A stretch of DNA of 58,218 nt, filler included, from Sphacelaria rigidula (GCA_964200075.2; 9 parts of 9 records of this genome joined end to end with filler, not necessarily neighbours in it); one strand, 5' to 3'; shown: positions 25,433 through 38,781, counted from the whole stretch's first letter. Notes: generated from the sequence alone by a model not told the origin. Numbers and translations: made by a program.

Positions 25433-25511
25433 CAAGCGACCCCCAAAAGGCGGGAATGCTCAGGTGCAGAAACTTTGGGTGCAACCAATACTATCGCGAG
25501 GAAGAAAACAG
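25433..25511 (+). CDS. Exon encoding the start of a CHORD zinc-binding domain: (P)SDPQKAGMLRCRNFGCNQYYREEEN
   Basis: tttcacag acceptor and gtgggg donor. The CxNxGCxQxYxxxEN pattern matches CHORD domains, and the phase matches the preceding exon. Confidence 0.8.
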
Positions 25512-25597
25512 GTGGGGAAACTTTTCTAGCTTCACTTGAATGATCTGTTGTTGTTGTTGTGGGTGGTGGTGTTTTTCCCTCTGTTTTGGACTAGGAG

Positions 25598-25821
25598 CAG
25601 TGCTCCGTCTCTAAAGGTATGGAGGTCAATGGTGAAACGAGTAAGGCAAGCAACAAATGAGTACCCCCCATGAGGCATTGAGAAACCCGTGGCTGTCTCT
25701 GGAAGTGGCAATACCAGAAAATCAAGCAACTCATTGTAGGCTGTGATCCAAATGCAAAATGATCAGTACGCTTCGGGCCGAACAATCTTAGTAGGATGCA
25801 GCGCACCCTTCGTGCGACGCG
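25598..25821 (+). mobile_element. Degenerate copy of the C-run retroposon: hairpin plus tail joined to a body fragment
   Basis: GTGCTCCGTC...GGAGG-TCAATGG...ATGAGTAC-CCCCC, followed by sequence aligning to 50610-50765 and 12747-12846. Confidence 0.7.
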
Positions 25822-26566
25822 NNNNNNNNNNNNNNNNNNNNNNNNNNNNNNNNNNNNNNNNNNNNTTAATTAATTAANNNNNNNNNNNNNNNNNNNNNNN
25901 NNNNNNNNNNNNNNNNNNNNNGTCAATAACACTCTTCTGATAAACCGGGTCTTCAATCCGTATCGCCCCCACAACACCAACTTGGGCATTGTGATTTGAG
26001 CACGGTCTGTTTATTTTGCCGAAACTATCGACGCTAGCACTTTTGAGTGCTCACGGAAAATGTTACCCGAAAAAAAACGAAAAGAGGCCATCCGCAGAAA
26101 ATGCTCGACTGAGGTCTGTGCAGTATAGGAGGGAAACACGATCTCGATCATTGTTGTGAAGAACTGTATACGAATTCATTTCTCTGAATATTTACCGTTT
26201 CGTTGTGGAAGAGCCGGGAAACTGTTCTTATTGGACCAAAAACGGTCCATATCACCTTCCTGATACACGGGGTATCTAGTCCGTATCTCCCCAAAAACAC
26301 CAACTTCGGCACTGCAGTTTGAGCGCGGCCAACGCTTTCCCCTAAATCTACCGGCGCTAGCACTTCCAAGTAGTACGAGCTGGGCCAGCTTAAAAGCTGC
26401 TAAAACTTGCTCACACCACAGCTTCCCCAGTTTCCTGAATGAACCCGATGTAAGCATATCACTGTGAAGTGTAGACCAACCTGGTGACACACGGCACCGC
26501 CGCTGAATGAAAAAAAAAAATGAAAAAAAGTGTACTGCATAATGTATAACCTGAACGACGGACGAA

Positions 26567-26640
26567 AAAAAAAGAGAATCTGTCGGGATTCGAACTCATG
26601 ACCTCCATAATTGGAGTCTCCCATCACTTGATTTATAGGG
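26567..26640 (-). repeat. tRNA-like Pol III head (SINE-like); related degenerate copy at ~24440-24505 (-)
   Basis: The minus strand has hairpin CTCCA-ATTA-TGGAG, B-box GAGTTCGAATCCC, then GACAGAT and a T run. GAATCCCGACAGAT is shared with the 24.4-kb copy. Confidence 0.5.
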
Positions 26641-29600
26641 ATGCAGCAGCGTCACGGAAAATGTTGAACGCACGGCCCAATTCGATGAGTCTTGAGCTGA
26701 AATTTTCGGAAGACTTTCTGCACCCAAGGAACTGATACTTCACGTGTCCAGCTGTAGATTCTCTTTTTTTTCCTGGTATTATGGCATTATCTTGTTTTTG
26801 CTGAAATTTCAAATGACCACAACTTTTTGTTTTATTCATTTTTTTATTTGCTGACCTCGTGATCTTTTGCATTTCGATCATGAAAAGCGGCTGTCAAAAT
26901 TTCAGCGTCCAAATTCTAATATCGCGCCGTGCGTCGCCTGAGCGAGATTCACATCTGTTCTTGGCTGGCCCAGCTCGTAATGAAGAGTAATACTTGAGAA
27001 AAACCCAAAACAACTACGAATTCTCAAGATTTCTGATGCTGAGGACTACTATGTTATACATGCAAATCCCCCCCAAAATCTCCCCCCCCTTTTTTTCGTT
27101 TCTTTCTGAGTTATCGGCGACGGAACATTTCAGAACAGGTCTTTTCGGAACAAAATCGCCAATAACTCACGAAGAAAAAAAATCAAAAACAGGGTAGGAT
27201 CTGGGTGGGTTTTGCATGTACGTCCTGTACATCATGTCAGACATTTCATCAAAAACGACTCGAAATTGAGCTCAAGACTCGCGGGTCAACAATCCTGTCC
27301 GCATCTTGGGCGGCCCAGCCTGTACCTTACCTACGGTGCCTGTGGACCATTCCGCCTGCTGTGTCAATGTCATGTCGGTTGATAATGAGGGATAACACCC
27401 CTCCCATAAAGAGTTTTTTCAACCTTGATATTCTCGAGAATGAAGACCCTGCATCGGGTAAATGAGTGCGATTTTTCAGTCCAATATGATACAATGTGGC
27501 TCAGCTTTTACGGAAGCAGAGAACCTTCAAAGGTGACCGGTCAAGATGTCGTGAAGGCAACTAACTGCCTGAGCTTGCCCTTGCGGCCCAATTTGAAAAA
27601 AATGACTCCATGCAGCTTTTTGTTGGGATCCAGTATCCTAATAGTGTATTGAACTATTTTATGCTGATACCTAGGGTGCCCTACCTTGAATCTGACACGT
27701 CTTCTTCGCGCGGCTGGCAATGTAGCGGTGTCGTCGCCGCGAAGCTTCCCCTGTATCCCCTCCTCCCGTCATGTAGAAGGCACCGCACCCACGCCAAAGG
27801 TAATGATATTTGTCATGTTCCAATTCAAATATTTTCCAATCCCAATTTTTCCCATGCATTGTGTAGTGTGTTTTTCTACATCAAGCTCTGTTGAGATGTT
27901 TCATCAATAATCGTCATCTAATGATTATATTCACATAATTTGTAAAATGATTTCATATGTACTACTTTGCCTTCGTGATCAATCACTATCACCTCTTTTT
28001 TCGGGTTGCTGAGAATTATCACAGCAGGATCGCGGGCCCACACACGAATGGAAAAACAGCATATGAAAAACACAAAACATATTTGCTGTATAGAAGACCA
28101 ACATAGGCAGTAAAACTGTTGTGCTTCATTCAGGATACTCGGCGCTGAAACTGAGCCGCGGGCATAACGAGTGCACGAAGGGAGCACGCAGGGAAGAGAG
28201 GAGAAGGTGCAAAGTGAACCGGTGCCTTGCTTTGACGCCTATCTTGGGTGAGGCCCAAGCAACTCTTCTTTGCATTCAGGTTTTCATGTGGTTTGTTTCA
28301 ACTCAAAGCTAGTTCGATGTTTTGGGGGTACTGAACAGCACCGTACTGCTCATTGTCGACTCGCGCGTACCGTACAGTAGGAAAGTAGATACTGTACTAC
28401 AGTACGGTGTTCGGTTTGTTCAAAAACTCTCAGCCGCGGAAGCGGCACCTTGTATAGCACCCCCCACTCCGTTTTTACTTTGACGAGTCCTCTGGGCTCG
28501 ATGCTCAGGTGTTTTCACGTCTTTGACGACACGTGGATTTTGCCTGTGGAAAATATAAAATGCGTCGTCTAGTTTGTACAGGAGAGCCATCGCTTCTCGA
28601 GATGATCGATTTTGAAGGAAGTTCATCGTCGGGGGGTGCTATCACGGGGCCTGCGTATATATTTACTCATTGTCCTACCGTAGTACTTGAGGCCTGTATG
28701 TAGGCTTTGCGGAGGCACGACGATCCATATTATTAATTTAGTATAAGTATGAAAAAAGACCGAACAACGGATGCGTCTACCGCGAAAGTGGTATTATTTC
28801 CAGGATTACGTCGTTTTTGCTTTTTATGTGCTCCCGGTGCGTTACTAGGTACGAGAGTTTGAGTCCACGCATGATGAGTCGTATCCTGGAAGCCGCCTGG
28901 GCGGGCGTCCTGTTCGTAGCCTTGAAAGAATTGATCCGAAAATCTTGTAGCCTTCGTCGTGCTGTGCTGCACGTACCCCCCTAATCCATGTACTAGTCTA
29001 ATACGTGGTGCAATAGCGAAGTCATGCATGATAGCTTCCTTGCCTTCAGGTGTCGCTGAAGAAGCAACTTTGCCGGCGAGTTTGCGGTGTACCGTACGGC
29101 AGGGTCCCCCACTTCTCTGCGGTCAAATTCGCTCTCCGTAACTCCATACCATCGATCCCTCCTGTGGACGGCACAGTACAGACAGTAGGTACTACGCATC
29201 TTACCGCAAATCAACAGATTGAAGGCCAGTCCCTCTCACCAGGAGCTTGATGAGGCTGTCACTCGACTGAAATTAGAAAATCATTCAACGGGTGAAATCT
29301 ACAACATCTGACACTGACTATGCGATACGGGCCTGCCCTGTCGGTGAAGGTCACAATTTACTCTCTCGCGGGTTTCACGCCTGCAAAACGAACGCAGCGG
29401 CCGACGACGACTTCCGAAAAGAGTCTCGATACGCGCAATTTACACATGTAAAGCGGCATGGGCACGGCGACAGCAAGCAGAGGGCCACCCGCGCAAGGGT
29501 GGAGACCGTGTCAAGTTGTGTTTGCCCCGTAAGCACGCCGTGAAGTCAGGGTGCACAAAAAGGCTACGGCTAGTATAGGTCACTACGAGTGAAAGCAACG

Positions 29601-30711
29601 CATCTTGCATGTTACAGGGTGCATGCTCCTCCTGGGAAGATACGGGGAAGATACTAAGATATCTGCGGTCAGGGGATCGAATTGGGGATGCCCGTCCTTC
29701 AGCCGTCAAGTGGTTGTATGAATCCGTCTTGGGGAGAAATATGTTTATCTCGTAAGCGCGACGACGGGGGGCTCTTGGCGTGTCACATTTTGAATTCGGG
29801 TGCAGCACACCTGCCTCGTGTTGAAGTTCAGCGCCATTATCAAGTGCACGGTGTGCCCTCGAGCCACGTGTTCACTGACTTCTGGGGACTAGCTACGAAG
29901 TGATAAATATAGCATACTTCGCAGTGCTTAGTTACGAGCTGGGTGTCTTGATGTTCTTCGATACTCGGTAATTACTGGTCACCGGACAACATCGACAAGG
30001 ATCATCACCCGCAACGAACAACATGCTAGCTCAGAGTTCGTTCCCAGTTCTCAGTGTCGCTGCAGAGCTCAACGCTTTCCTGACCTGCCTTGATATGTCC
30101 ATAGAGTCGACACGCGTCAAGGTGGTGGGGGGAGTCTTTCTTGTAGATAACGTGCCTGACGTTCCACGGGTTCCCGACTCCTGGTCTCATGAAACGACAA
30201 TCACGGGCATCATTGCCCACGACCAAATAGCTTGCTAGTGCCTGGCCCTCAAGACGAGACTCACTCTCCCTCTAGCTCTGCCAATCTACGTGTGTGTATG
30301 TGTGTGTCACATAGCATCGAAAGCTCAGACTCTGCAGCTAGAGCATCAACACGGCACCCACGCTAGCCGGGTCGTCGTCAGTCAGTACAGTACCCCAGCA
30401 CTTGAGGAAGCAGTCGCACATTCTTATATCGAACTACGGCATCCGTGTAGAACCGTGTCAAGATGGTTGAAACTGGCATTAGCTATTACAAGGAGGCGGT
30501 GTTCACTCGTCCTATGGCGTATCATGCGGGCTGAGCAGTGTACGTGAGACTTAATGTTGGTCGCCAGGAGGAGTTAGTCCTCTAATCATGAGATCGATTT
30601 TGCTTGTAGAGTTCGATGTCCAGGAATAACTGGTTTGAAAAATTGACTGCGGAGCGGGAGCTTGCCGCGTAGAGATCATTTGGAATAAATCCCACCCCCT
30701 TTCCCGCTCAT

Positions 30712-30801
30712 CCTCTGGTCTGGCGAAAACTCGTCGTGCTCTATCCCGGCGTCGTACGGATGCAAGGGCTTATGACGGTGGCTTGCACGTTCATGAGTAC
30801 A
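30712..30801 (+). mobile_element. 5'-truncated copy (X + tail) of the C-run retroposon
   Basis: CTGGTCTGGCGAAAACTCGTCGTGCTC...TTATGACGGTGGCTTGCACGTTCATGAGTACA followed by CCCC. A degenerate CCCC..TTCC..GCTCATC duplication lies on both flanks. Confidence 0.7.
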
Positions 30802-32257
30802 CCCCGTCTCTTCCTTATGCTCATCTCGATATCGCACACGCCTAAGCTTGATGTGAAATACATTCCGCACCTGCGAAGAAGGACAGGTGGAGAAGAGAGG
30901 AAAAATAATGGACGACCAACGAGAAGCTGATGCCTTAATTTTTATCATGATATACTGTGAATTTGAGTCGAAAAAAAAATTAAAAGTCTTTTTTTTTTCG
31001 GAGACTCACTCATTCTTGCACACGCTCAGACGGAACCACCGTCTTCGCATCCAACAACCAACATTCCACGTCACGTTGATATCGTCGCGTGTGTGCTGCT
31101 GCTCCATCTTGCCAACATTGCGAACGCTCAGGATCCATCGAAGAGTGCGATTGCATTTTCCAGCCTCCCTCCTCATCAGTCGTGGGACATAAAATTGTAT
31201 TCCGGTATTTTTTTTCCCTCTCGCGCACCCACACCCGCGTTTCATCGTGGCTACAGCGAGGATGCGCACAGAGGCCGCTTACAATGACGTAACAAAACGG
31301 ACGGCGAAGATTCCACGGTTAGGGCAAATCATCATGACTCAAAATCACCAAATTGACGATTTCTTCGGCCTGATTGCCCAAGAGGAAGAAAAAAGTTGAT
31401 CGCTGGTCCAAGGGGTATCCACGCAAATTTTGCGCCATTCCACGTGTCTGGGCTGCGTATACCTGAGTTGTAACGCTGAAATGAAGCTTACGGAGTGATG
31501 CGTCACGAGTCGACTCGTGATACTAGAACCAAGTAATTTCCAGATGAATCATCATCACCCTTGGAAAATTCCTCTCCCCACATGAAACCCCCTTGGTTCG
31601 CGGCATGATGAGAAACTACATCAGGGAACTGCGACTGCGTGAAAGGAATAACAGTCTAATACATTTGGATTCACACCACGGCAGAGATATCTCAGCGTCG
31701 AGGCTCTCGGCATATTTGACAGTGGATTACTCACTGTTGAACATGTCTGGATGGAACCTCGAGTTTGAGATACCTCTACTCGTGGTGTGGTCAAGATCTC
31801 ACGTGGTCAGAAGTTCAATCCGCTACAACAGTATACTGATAACCAAGTTTGCGCTTGAGTATCGCCCCCCTGACAGAGGGATGAGAAACCAAGAAGCTAA
31901 GCCTGGCTTCCGTCTGCTGTTCGAGTGGGAAACCGCACCGCACTTGTTCGAGGCGAGCAGACTTCATGTCGCTGGCCAGGACAGACAGAGAAAGGGATCA
32001 ACTATCTTGAGTTTAAGAGTGATCTCACGATGGGGAGGGGGGGGGAAGATCTGCGTCATCTCTTCTCGAAATTCCGCCTCAAATCGTCTTCGAAAGCAGC
32101 AAAAGTTGTTCGAACGCGCTTGTCACCGAGAAAAAACGCTTACTCATACTGCTTAACACCGTTTTCACCCAAACACAAGCAAACCGCCAGTACACGCTAG
32201 TGTCTTGGGTTGTCTGCCACATCTATGCACCCTTTTTTCCGTGGAATCACAACCCCC

Positions 32258-32290
<33 letters not shown>

Positions 32291-33929
32291 ACCCCCCCCA
32301 CNNNNNNNNNNNNNNNNNNNNNNNNNNNNNNNNNNNNNNNNNNNNTTAATTAATTAANNNNNNNNNNNNNNNNNNNNNNNNNNNNNNNNNNNNNNNNNNN
32401 NGGAAAAACCGAGCACAACGAGCAGCTGGGAATTCCCACGCTTGGGTTCGTTCTAGCCAATGTCGCCAATATGAGGCGCTTCATGCAGCCTGAACTCAAA
32501 CATCAGGCAGGCGCTGTATAGCCATTTTTCTCGTGGCACTTTTGGGCTGGTTTTGGCGGGGGGGGTATCGTAGAAAGTGTCATCATTTGCTCTCACTTGT
32601 TCATTCTTTCATCCCGGGTGTGCTTTTCTTTGCCTCCATCACTAGCGTGTGCTTACAGCTACTTGTCGATATCCTACTCAGGGATATCAAGGGCCTCAGT
32701 GGCAAGCTACTGCAGGAAGGATATTGGGCCTCGTAGAGGGACATTTCGGAACTGAAACGATTCACTCGCTACTAATTGACCGCTTTTCACGCTCAATTGT
32801 ATCCTCTACTCTCAGTCTCACGAATACATGCATTGTTATATATAAGATTTGACAACACCAGATAGATATATCTTATAGATAGCTAGAGCTATAGTAGTGA
32901 GCTCATTGGTGAAGATCCCATGTACTAATGGCAACTGAACAAGATGTTGTGGTCAATAGTTGCGATATTAAAAATTGTTACAGCGGAGAGTATAGACCTA
33001 TTGCAATTATCATTGTCCTATTGTCCATGGTGTGAATGATATTGAAAATCTGAAAAAGTGTGGTGATATTTCAGATTATTGAAACCAATGAACGTATGAT
33101 CTCCAGTCAAGCGTGGCATCAGTACACACAGTGGGGGTCGGAATGATGAACTCACTAATAGTTGTATGTATATGCAAATCTAGAAATCACAAAGTATCAC
33201 ATACATGCACAATATCGCGCAGGAATATCAGATTTTGTATACAATTGTATGGTTTCGAGTGTCAGATGGTATCAGTACAGAGGGGTTCGGGATAACGAGG
33301 TCACTGACAGTTGGACAGTTACATTTGATACATTTGGATGACTAATCATAACATGTATTCGCACTCTCAGCACTCTCCTAAATTAATGCGGAGTGTCTTC
33401 GAAAAGTGCACACAATGACGCCGTTCATCAACGCCCGATAGCAATAGAATCACCGCTTAACCCTGTGGTGGCTCGAAGATGCGCACCTGGCTGGGGCTGA
33501 AAGCCCTTTTTCAAGTGAACATCGTGGTGCCGGTTCAACGGCTGGACAAACCTCCCTGGACGATCAACGAGATGATAACCAGTTAGCACTATTAAAGTAC
33601 GTATGTATTATGTGTTTCTTTATGTAGTATATTTATGGGAAAATATGAATGATATCATTTTTTGCTGCGTGATGAACACTAACGTAACAGAGTTACTAGG
33701 TATCTTCGAGTGAGACGTAAGAAGTGTCGTCTGAGAGGCTGTACAACGAAGGTACTGCTCACCTAGCTTGCACATTGTCGCTGGTTTCCTCTGAGTGATT
33801 CCGCGATAGCACTCCGCCCAAACCAGCCCCCAAACTGTGACGAAGCAAATAGCCATCCAGCGCACGATAGCTGCTTTCAGACCGCATGGAGCGCCTCATG
33901 TGGGCAGAATTGGCGAAAACGATCCAATA

Positions 33930-34238
33930 CTAAAACAACGTTTTCGTGAGATTGAGAGTAGAGCGCTGATTGAGAGTGGCTTTGACCACTCGCTCTAACT
34001 TCGCCAATTTTTCATTCCGTGTGCACTTTTCTTTGCCTGTATCACTTGCGTGAGCTCACAGCTACACGTCGATATCCTACTCAGGGATATTAAGGGCCTC
34101 AGTGGCAAGGTACTACAGAAAACATATTGGGCCTCGTGGAGGGGCATTTCGGAACTGAAACGATTCATTCACTAATTGACCGCTTTTTATTCTGAATCGT
34201 ATTCTCTACTCTCAATTTCACGAAAACACTGTTCACCG
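33930..34238. mobile_element. MITE (~309 bp, TA-flanked, possibly Tc1/mariner type) nested in another repeat; partial relatives at ~17085-17238 and ~32590-32830
   Basis: TIR AACAACGTTTTCGTGAGATTGAGAGTAGAG / CTCTACTCTCAATTTCACGAAAACACTGTT. It splits the 4325-type repeat, with TA on both sides. Confidence 0.7.
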
Positions 34239-35096
34239 TAGTGGGAGTTCTCAGCTGCTCGGTGTGCTCGGCTTTGTCATTTTAATTTGCATGTAGATTT
34301 TGCGTCCTCAAACCAGCCACTTTCCTTGGGGGGCTATCTATCGTGGCATCATACCTCTGAGAATTTATCTCCTGTGATATACGAAGCAAACGCCAAAGAA
34401 GGGCGTCTATATGGAGTAACACGCTCGTGTAAGCCAAACCGTAACCTGCTTTTCAGATCCTGTACCACACGTTCTAGTTTCCTTCTGTAATGACGAGTAC
34501 GATCGACTGTTCAGTTTAGCGCACGCTGAACAAAAGCTTCAGCGCTGACATACTACGTGGAAACAATAATACGCCGTGCCCGATTCTGTTACAATGATGC
34601 GAGTACATCTGCCCAACTCATAGAATTCCATCCCATAAATGTTTATTGTGGGCAAGTAAAAACAGCGGCGCCGATTTTTTTTTTATCATTTTTCTGATTT
34701 GAAACGACTGTTGTAACTTCGACGGATGGTATCTTGTTGTATGAACGAACATGTCACGACATACGGTTCCCATGAGTAAGGGCTTCACCTCTGGTTCGGG
34801 GGGCATCAGCTGTTTGGTCCGTCATTCAGACCACCTGTGAAAACTGAAAGTTAAGCCGGAATCTGACAACAAGGCTACGATCTGGTTTACACCAAAATAC
34901 GTCACCATGTATGTGCATTTCCACGTCTGATTCCCCTCGAGGAGAAAAAAAAGCACTCACTTCGACGGCTGAAAAAGCATGGCAACAGACCGCGATGGAA
35001 AACTACTGCAATGATCATTTACCATGAACAACGTTTTGGTGTGACATATACAGTCCCCTAGACTCGGATCACATCGAAGAGATGCTCGTCGAGAAT

Positions 35097-35485
35097 GAGG
35101 TTGAACATGAAAATGAGTTTCATCTCCAAAACAGTGTTTTTCCTGGCCTAAAGTCATCGTACACGACTTTCATATGGGCGACCTCATGCCACCCGACCTC
35201 GCTGAAACTATTTTCAGGGGTGTCCCGTCTCACGTTTCTACGAAGGGCATGTACGAAAGCACCTCTCAGCCCCGGTTTTCGGAGTGAAAAAAGAGCCACT
35301 TTAAACCCGAAAATGGTGCGTCCGCAAATACCCTTTCTTTGGGGAAACGGAAGGCGGGAAACCCCCCAAAATAGTTTCAGGAAGGTGGGGAGGCACAAGG
35401 TTGTCCATATGAAAGTCACTTGTCATGGCGTCAGGTCCAAGAAAGTCATGTTTTGGAGTTGAAACTCATTTTGATGTTCAACCTC
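35097..35485. mobile_element. Foldback MITE (~389 bp, ~160-bp imperfect arms)
   Basis: GAGGTTGAACATGAAAATGAGTTTCATCTCCAAAACA is mirrored by TGTTTTGGAGTTGAAACTCATTTTGATGTTCAACCTC. Confidence 0.8.
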
Positions 35486-35625
35486 GATCAGCTCCGAAGA
35501 TAATCTGTTACCCTCCGAATCTCGGTTGGAATGGTCTCCTCTATCAAGTCATAGCACTGTATCCGCGCTCGTTCCGTTGCGATATTTTGGAAATCAACGG
35601 ACTATAGCGAGATCGAACACCTCGT

Positions 35626-35700
35626 GGGGGTATAGCTCAGGGGTAGAGTGTTCGCTTCGCATGCGAAATGTCTGGAATTCAAATCCCCATACCTCCACCA
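35626..35700 (+). tRNA. tRNA-Ala(CGC), probably a pseudogene (T-stem damaged), followed by genomic CCA
   Basis: Acceptor GGGGGTA/TACCTCC with the G3:U70 Ala identity pair, D-stem GCTC/GAGT, anticodon arm TTCGC-TTCGCAT-GCGAA. The T-stem TGGAA/CCCCA has two A-C mismatches including G53. CCA at 35698-35700, T-run just downstream. Confidence 0.85.
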
Positions 35701-35895
35701 TATTTTTTACCACTTTTTAGCAACAAAGCTAACAGGGAATATATAGCTGGCAAATAGCATGCTACAAGGGGTGGCACACAATGAGTGAATAATATTACCC
35801 ACAACCTCAACATTGCATTGAAAGGAGAGTTCTTTACACTCACGTACTTCCACGGGCTAGAGTCAGGCAGACCTCTGAAACGGAACCTGGTTAAG

Positions 35896-36304
35896 AACAA
35901 CATGTTCGTGAGATAAGGAGCGAGTTTTTATTTCGGAAATAAAGTTTTTTCGTGATTTACACCAAGACGGTCGAATCGTCCGAAACGGTCGTCACCCTTA
36001 TTGAAAGGCCGTGATCTGACGGGAATTGGGGTGCAAATGCAAAGATATTTAAAACTGCCGTGATCAGTGCGGAGTCGTGAGGGAAAATGTGTGAAAAAAA
36101 AAAAGCATCTTCCCCCTACATTTTCAACTGTATCTCATGGAAGGCGTTACCGATTTCGAATCTGATTGCGCCAAAATTCCCATGAGATCACGAACTTGTA
36201 GGGGGATGCCTGCCGTTTCGGACGATCCGACCGTCTTGGTGTGAATCACGAAAAGCCTCGCGTTCCAAAAAAACATCCGTGCCTAATCTCACGAAGATGT
36301 TGTT
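35896..36304. mobile_element. MITE (~409 bp) with long imperfect TIRs; termini resemble the 33930 MITE
   Basis: AACAACATGTTCGTGAGAT / ATCTCACGAAGATGTTGTT, plus an internal mirror of ACACCAAGACGGTCG.ATCGTCCGAAACGG. Confidence 0.75.
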
Positions 36305-36766
36305 GAAGGTATTAATATTGTAGAGGTTACTGGGCTCGGAGCAGGGATGCACATCGTGTCGTTTTCGAGATATTATTGGCAAGAGTTCACCGCGAGTCAG
36401 AAAGATCAAACTGACGACGCATTAAACACTGAGGCGGCTGAGTTTCGGCGTAGTTGCCTGAAAACCAAGTCGCACACCTTATCAACAGGGTAAACTGAGA
36501 AATATATGTTCATCGAGCGAGTTATCCAGGAATGTTGGATCACTCCTGTAGCCAATGGGGGTGATGAAAGAGACCTTCTCACTGCGTCCACTACGGTGTG
36601 TTTCGGCCAGCTGCAAGCTTGTTATTCATTTTTGAGGCCGAGACAGGCGAGTAGGAGAGGATGGAGTACAAGCACTTAAATGTATGCCACCCCTTGGATA
36701 CGAATGCATTTTACCTGCTAAAAGAAAGCACAGCAATAAGCCCCCCTCCCCCCCCCGATTACATTC

Positions 36767-36790
36767 ATGGCATGCATGATCATGAGTACA
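36767..36790 (+). mobile_element. 24-nt truncated solo tail of the C-run retroposon
   Basis: ATGGCATGCATGATCATGAGTACA flanked by a 17-nt duplication CCCCCCCGATTACATTC / CCCCCTCCATTACATTC. Confidence 0.8.
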
Positions 36791-38601
36791 CCCCCTCCAT
36801 TACATTCGACCATACGTGCAATAGGAGAGGCACACCAGGAGCGAGATAGACAGGTGATACTATCTAGCATCAACACACTGACCACAATATACCGGTCAAC
36901 GAGAAATTTTGGTTAGTGTGTTCATCAGTCGCAAGTGATTGTTTGATTGATCGCCGCACTTTGACTGACCCCCAGGGATCCAGCCGTGGTCACATCAGTC
37001 GCAAACTAAGATGAAGTTTAGTTCCAGTACAATATCTTGGGTATTATTACATTTACTTATGCAGCTTCATCAGGAACGCAGTAATAATTTGGGTGTAGTT
37101 GAGTGCAGATATTACCGAGAGACATGATGCAACAAACGGCCTCGTAGGTGAATTCCGAGGTGATGGATGAGTGACAGGGCGAACACTCACGGCCAGCAAC
37201 TCCAATACTCTCGAAAGCCTCCCGCAATTCTTGTATCTACTTTAGCGATGAAGAGACAACGTCTCATGGAGGGATATACTCTCAACATCTTTCAGCTGAT
37301 ATTGTCTGAGAGGCATTTCCGAGGTTCAGGCACATTTTTTTTTGTCTTTGCACAGGACTAGCAAACTCATCAACCACTACGGCACTACTTGCTCTGTTCC
37401 ATAAGCACCGTCTGTCTGGTATGGATACACGATCCCGTAAACTTGTCTCACGCGTTAGGCGAGAATGTTCTTCAAATATTCGTTGTTTATAGAGTATTTT
37501 TTTATTATTTTATTTTTCGCGCACTACCCTACGTGGTCGAACGGCCGGAAAGATCAGTCGGCCCGAAAACGGCCGTTCCTCGTGCCCATTCGGGGAAAAC
37601 GAAATATGAAAGAAGAACGTCAGAGAAAGTTGTTGACCGTCCGTAGCACCGCGGCCTTTGTTGGAGTAAGAAGCGAGGGTCGCTTACTTCGACGGTTGTG
37701 TGAGAGGTCGAGCTCCCTGGTGTCGTCCTTTTAAGCTCTACGGCTTTTTCATAGTTTTGTCGGGTACTCGGGGTCAACATCACCGTAAGTGCTCGGTGAG
37801 CGGACCTAGCTTATACCCCAATCTCACGAAACTATAGCTTCAATCAATTTTAATACACCTTTTTTGGGGTCTGTTTCGGTTTCCGAAGTGATAGCTATCA
37901 GCTGAGAAATCAAACAGACCAATGAATCTCGAAATCGTTTTCAGAAAAACGATCGTTGAACTTTTCAGCTTAGATGGTTGATGTGGGAACGGAGCCAGCT
38001 GTGTTCGACGGTAACCAAGAGAACATCAGGAAAAAAAATCCTTCAGAGTACACTGTAATTTGAATAATCTCGGAAAGATTCGAGGTCTTATCTGTTCCAC
38101 ATCGATAAGCCGCAAGTGTTCATAAACGAAATCGTGGGAACAATGAAAATTCAAATTTCTTGTGAAAGCTCCCCCTCAAAGAATCGGACCGACATATTGA
38201 AGCCCTTTTCGAATAAACTAGAAAGTGTCAAGGGTGAAGGCGTACGCCATGATAGTAACTGGGGACAAAATAGTGTCGGTCATACAGATACATTTTTACT
38301 TCTCCGTGAACACCTGAACGCACAAATTTCCTCCGAAGGCAAGCAATCATCTGTTTACCTGTATTCAATGCCGAAATCAGCAGACTCAACATGGTCAACG
38401 CGGTGACTTCTTTTCCAAAACGTCCTAACTCTCTATGATTGCATGACCACATGAATATGGCGATGGCAACGGCGGACACTGTAATGTGTACCAATCGAGG
38501 CCCCAAAAGACCACACCCTGGACAATATGTGGTCATCAGTTGCAATAGAAAAATATGATGCGTAAAGTATAGACCTATCGCAACTATTATCGAGCGACAG
38601 T

Positions 38602-38781
38602 AGTTTTCATCGTTTTTATTGTATTGTATTATATTTGCTCTGTACTTTCCTCTTCTTTTCCTTTTTTTTGTTTCAGGTCGGCCATTTCTTTCTGTGCTTT
38701 GCTTGTGTAGACAAAAAAAAAAGGAAAAGAAGAGGAAAGTACAGAGCAAATATAATACAATACAAAAAAACGATGAAAACT
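38602..38781. repeat. Near-perfect ~69-bp inverted repeat ending at the contig edge (young MITE or assembly palindrome)
   Basis: AGTTTTCATCGTTTTTATTGTATTGTATTATATTTGCTCTGTACTTTCCTCTTCTTTTCC is mirrored at 38712-38781. Confidence 0.8.

Noticed and set aside
27400..29140. Series of small AG...GT-bounded candidate exons on +
   Set aside because: At least one has an in-frame stop, phases cannot be linked confidently, and no motif is recognised.
31593..32156. Long ORFs in the track (187 aa here; also 1419-1940, 11905-12522, 15729-16382, 20899-21459, 38228-38749)
   Set aside because: No recognisable motifs, and several run across repeats or N gaps. They are treated as chance ORFs.
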